Shown: piece by piece, positions 60,729-64,000 of the stretch | How positions within the stretch are numbered: position 1 is the first letter of the stretch | Layout: each line of letters starts with the position of its first letter | Source: Alphaproteobacteria bacterium | GTDB taxonomy: Bacteria > Pseudomonadota > Alphaproteobacteria > JAAXGF01 | Direction of reading: 5' to 3' | DNA length: 64,000 bases | NCBI GenBank assembly: GCA_963555825.3 | Contig: CAUVXB020000002.1 | Location: 2,176,001-2,240,000 of the forward strand | Made by a program: the position numbers and the translations under genes | Notes under the pieces: model-generated | What the model saw: the letters and a program-made list of their open reading frames with translations, nothing else | Databases searched by the model: none | What the model was told of the DNA's origin: nothing

Positions 60729-61565
60729 ATGGGCGACCGAACCAAGCTCCACGACGAGGTTTCCGAGTTCTACGCCCGCGCGGTCGTTCGCAGCGACGGC
60801 GGCTGCGGTGCCGCATCCGACGATTTCGTCGCGCTCACGGGCTACGCCGACGACGACTTGGCTAACCTGCCCGACGACGTCCTCGCCAGCGCCTTCGGCT
60901 GCGGCAACCCGGTCGCGTTCAGCCGCGTAATGCCCGGCGACACCGTTGTCGATCTCGGCTCGGGCGCCGGCATCGATCTGCTCATCGCGGGCCGCAAGGT
61001 CCGGGCGCAGGGTCGGGTCATCGGCGTCGACATGACCGATGCGATGATCGAGCGCGCGCGCGCCAACGCCGCCGCGGCGGGACTGGACAACGTCGAGGTG
61101 CGCAAGGGGTTGATCGAAGACCTGCCGGTCGACGACGGCTCGGTCGACTGGGTGATCTCCAACTGCGTGATCAATCTGTCGCCCGACAAATCCGCGGTGT
61201 TCGCCGAGATTGCTCGCGTGCTCAAGCCCGGCGGCGAGATGCTGGTGTCCGACATCGTCGTCGAGGACCTGCCCGACTGGGTGCGCGAGAACAAGGCGCT
61301 TTACTCGGCCTGTGTCGCCGGCGCGATCAGTGAGGGCGACTACGTCGCGGGCCTCCGCGCCGCGGGCCTCGCCGACGTCGAAGTGCGCGATCGGCTGGTC
61401 TACGACGCCGGCCAGCTCGAAGCGATGTACCGCGAAGAGATCCCCGACGCGGCGAAGCTTCGTGAAGCGGGCGAATCAGCCGAGGCGGCGCTGCGCCGCG
61501 CGGCCACCGAGGTCGCCGGCAAGGTATGGAGCATCAACGTTTACGCGCGCAAGCCAGGCGCGTAA
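60729..61565 (+). CDS. arsM: Arsenite methyltransferase-like protein
   Basis: FGCGNP, DLGSGAGID, IGVDMT, SNCVINL, SACVAGA plus an N-terminal Cys. Confidence 0.8.
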   Translation: MGDRTKLHDEVSEFYARAVVRSDGGCGAASDDFVALTGYADDDLANLPDDVLASAFGCGNPVAFSRVMPGDTVVDLGSGAGIDLLIAGRKVRAQGRVIGVDMTDAMIERARANAAAAGLDNVEVRKGLIEDLPVDDGSVDWVISNCVINLSPDKSAVFAEIARVLKPGGEMLVSDIVVEDLPDWVRENKALYSACVAGAISEGDYVAGLRAAGLADVEVRDRLVYDAGQLEAMYREEIPDAAKLREAGESAEAALRRAATEVAGKVWSINVYARKPGA

Positions 61566-61608
61566 TTCCGGGCTAGACAGCCGGTGCGACGGCGCGCGAT
61601 GGTAGCGC

Positions 61609-62844
61609 ATGGCCCGCGCGCGAACGACATCCGAAACGATCGAAACCGAGGTGCTCGTGGTCGGCGGCGGCATGGTCGGCCTGACGCTCGGCTGCGCGCT
61701 CGCCGATGTCGGCGTCGCGGTCGCCGTGGCCGACCGCGCCGACCCGGCCACGGTGGTCGGTGCCGGCTTCGACGGCCGGGTCTCGGCGATCGCCTACGGC
61801 TCGCGCCGCGTGCTCGAGGCGATCGGCCTGTGGCCGGCGCTGGCGCCGCAAGCCGAGCCGATCCTCGAGATCCGCGTCTCGGACGGCGACTCGCCGCTGT
61901 TTCTGCACTACGACCACGCCGAGATCGGCGACCAGCCGCTCGGCCACATGGTCGAGAACCGGCACATCCGCCACGCCCTGTTCGACCTCGTCGCGCGCCA
62001 CGACCGGCTGCGTCTGCTGGCGCCCTGCGCGGTCGACGCGGTGACGCGCGGCGCCGCCGGCGTCGCGGCGCGGCTCGCCGACGGCCGCGAGGTCCGCGCC
62101 CGGCTCGTCGTCGCCGCCGACGGGCGCGGCTCGACGCTGCGCCGCGCCGCGGGCATCAACGTCACCACATGGCGCTATCCGCAGACCGGCATCGTCTGCA
62201 CCGTTGCGCATGAACGGCCGCACCGCGGCATCGCGCATGAACGCTTCCTGCCGGCCGGGCCTTTCGCCATCCTGCCGATGACCGGCGACCGCTCGTCGCT
62301 GGTGTGGACCGAGCGCGCCGATATCGCGCCGGCCATGATGGCGCTAGACGACGCCGCGTTCGGCGCCGAGATGGCGCGCCGCTTCGGCGAATTCCTGGGC
62401 GATCTAGAGGTCGTCGGGCCGCGCTGGAGCTATCCGCTCTCGCTGGTCCACGCCGAGCGCTACGTGGATATGCGCCTGGCGCTGATCGGCGACGCCGCAC
62501 ACGCCATCCATCCGATCGCCGGCCAGGGGCTGAACCTGGGCATCCGCGACGTCGCTGCGCTGGCCGAGGTGTTGGTCGACGCGCGCCGCCTGGGACTCGA
62601 CCTCGGCTCGGCGACCGTCATCGAGCGTTACCAGCGCTGGCGGCGCTTCGACAGCGTCGTGCTGGCGGCGGCGACCGACGGGCTCAACCGGCTGTTCTCG
62701 ACCGACGACCCGGCGCTGCGGCTGATGCGTGACCTGGGCCTGGCCGCGGTCAACCGGGTCGCGCCCCTGAAACGGCTGTTCATGCGCCACGCCATGGGCG
62801 TCGTCGGCACGCTGCCCAAGCTGGCGCGCGGCGAGCGGCTATAG
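61609..62844 (+). CDS. UbiH/UbiF/VisC/COQ6 family FAD-dependent hydroxylase
   Basis: VGGGMVG, AADG, GDAAHAIHPIAGQGLNLG. Confidence 0.92.
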   Translation: MARARTTSETIETEVLVVGGGMVGLTLGCALADVGVAVAVADRADPATVVGAGFDGRVSAIAYGSRRVLEAIGLWPALAPQAEPILEIRVSDGDSPLFLHYDHAEIGDQPLGHMVENRHIRHALFDLVARHDRLRLLAPCAVDAVTRGAAGVAARLADGREVRARLVVAADGRGSTLRRAAGINVTTWRYPQTGIVCTVAHERPHRGIAHERFLPAGPFAILPMTGDRSSLVWTERADIAPAMMALDDAAFGAEMARRFGEFLGDLEVVGPRWSYPLSLVHAERYVDMRLALIGDAAHAIHPIAGQGLNLGIRDVAALAEVLVDARRLGLDLGSATVIERYQRWRRFDSVVLAAATDGLNRLFSTDDPALRLMRDLGLAAVNRVAPLKRLFMRHAMGVVGTLPKLARGERL

Positions 62845-63885
62845 CGTCGCCCACAGCTGATAGGCGGCGCCGACGGCGAGCGCGCCCGTCAGGCCAAGCG
62901 CCAGATACCAGGCGAAGACGCCGCGCCGGACCAGCACGAAGACCGACATCGCGGTCGGCAGGCTGGTCACCTCGCCGGCCGTCATGAAGGCGAGCGCAGC
63001 GCCCGGCTGCATGCCCATGTCCAAGAGCGCCGAAACCGTCGGCGTCGCAGCATAGGCGTTGAGGTAGGTCGGTACGCCGACCAGGACACTCGCCGGAATG
63101 ACCCACCATTCGCCGCCGCCGAGCGAGGCCGCCACCCGCTCGGCCGGAATGAGCGCGACCAGCAGGCTCTCGATGACGAAGGCGAGGGTCAGCCACTTGA
63201 GGAGAAAGGCGGCGATTGCGAGGGCTTGCCCGACGAACGCCTGGCGCCGGCCGGGCTCGCGCCAGAAGGCCCAGGCGACCGCCGGGGTCTCGCCCGGCGT
63301 ATAGGCGTCGCACGAGCCCCATACGCTCGAGAACCCGCGCCGCGCCGCCTCGGGCCCGAGCGGATCGGTGATTGTCGGATACCGGGCCAGGGCATGGGTC
63401 GCGTAGCCCGCGGCGAGGCCCATGGCGAGCGCCGACAGCGCGCGGGTCAGTGCGAACGGCAGGTCGATGATCGCAGCGGTCAGGATGAACATCTCGGGGT
63501 CCATCAGCGGCGAGCCGATCCAGAACGCCATTACCGGCGCGAGTGGCACGCCGGCGGCGAGCAGACCGGCGACGACCGTGATGACGCTGACCGAGCAGAG
63601 CGGCGACAGCGCGCCGAACACCGCGGCGGCAAAGATCACCGTCGCCGGCCGGCCCATAAGCACCCGCGCGATCCGCCGATCGAGGCCGCTCGCCGCGATC
63701 GCCGCGGCGAGCGCCGCCGAGATCGCCAGGAACGGCGCGACGAACCACAGCGAGCCGAGCGTGAACTGCAGACTCGCGACCGCTTGTGCGGGCCACGCAA
63801 GCGCCGTGACGCCGAGGACGATCGCGGTCGCCAGCCAGACCCGGTCGATATCTCGGGCGCGCCGCGCAGCGATCAGGCGTAACAC
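62839..63885 (-). CDS. Permease (DUF318/ArsP-like)
   Basis: GALSPLCS, MAFWIGSPLMDP, GVPTY, GAALAFM. Confidence 0.8.
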   Translation of the reverse strand: MLRLIAARRARDIDRVWLATAIVLGVTALAWPAQAVASLQFTLGSLWFVAPFLAISAALAAAIAASGLDRRIARVLMGRPATVIFAAAVFGALSPLCSVSVITVVAGLLAAGVPLAPVMAFWIGSPLMDPEMFILTAAIIDLPFALTRALSALAMGLAAGYATHALARYPTITDPLGPEAARRGFSSVWGSCDAYTPGETPAVAWAFWREPGRRQAFVGQALAIAAFLLKWLTLAFVIESLLVALIPAERVAASLGGGEWWVIPASVLVGVPTYLNAYAATPTVSALLDMGMQPGAALAFMTAGEVTSLPTAMSVFVLVRRGVFAWYLALGLTGALAVGAAYQLWATL

Positions 63886-63887
63886 GG

Positions 63888-64000
63888 CTAAAGCCGGGGC
63901 GGCGTGCCGCTCGGGCGGCCCAGCATTGCGTCGCGCGTCGCGCCGTCGAGGCCGATGTCGGCCAGGCCGCCGGCGTCGAGCGCGGCCAGTTCGTTCAGGT
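63888..64000 (-). CDS. 3' end of a probable DUF1127-like protein (truncated by window edge)
   Basis: ...LNELAALDAGGLADIGLDGATRDAMLGRPSGTPPRL*. Confidence 0.55.
   Translation of the reverse strand, partial: LNELAALDAGGLADIGLDGATRDAMLGRPSGTPPRL

Overview
High-GC alphaproteobacterial (Rhodospirillales-like) chromosomal window. The backbone genes are yggS, an L,D-transpeptidase, an OmpR-type regulator, xth, lolA, ftsK and a UbiH/UbiL-family hydroxylase. Between them lie several accessory blocks: an MBL hydrolase/methyltransferase/adenylate cyclase trio, a CoA-dependent catabolic cluster, a large glycosyltransferase + peptide-type ABC importer + atypical ABC exporter + cNMP-binding protein locus, an interrupted spuABC-like polyamine operon, and arsM. 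The most notable signal is non-coding. Two cargo genes (a 50-aa membrane protein and a haloalkane dehalogenase) are each bracketed by the same geometry of short GTC...GAC palindromes (25 bp - 22 bp spacer - 24 bp [cargo] 24 bp - 22 bp spacer - 25 bp). The inner palindromes are hit repeatedly by IS1182, two IS1182-type MITEs, an IS30 and an IS110/IS1111 element. The non-coding end of the IS110/IS1111 element carries readable guide segments matching the palindrome it inserted into. Other repeat families: GGGGTCAGACACC doublets with IHF-like sites (one pair brackets a gene followed by a half attC site), a 276-bp CTAG-targeting MITE in two copies, and a 130-150 bp element on both sides of ftsK. 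All coordinates and alignments were read by eye; no database searches were run.
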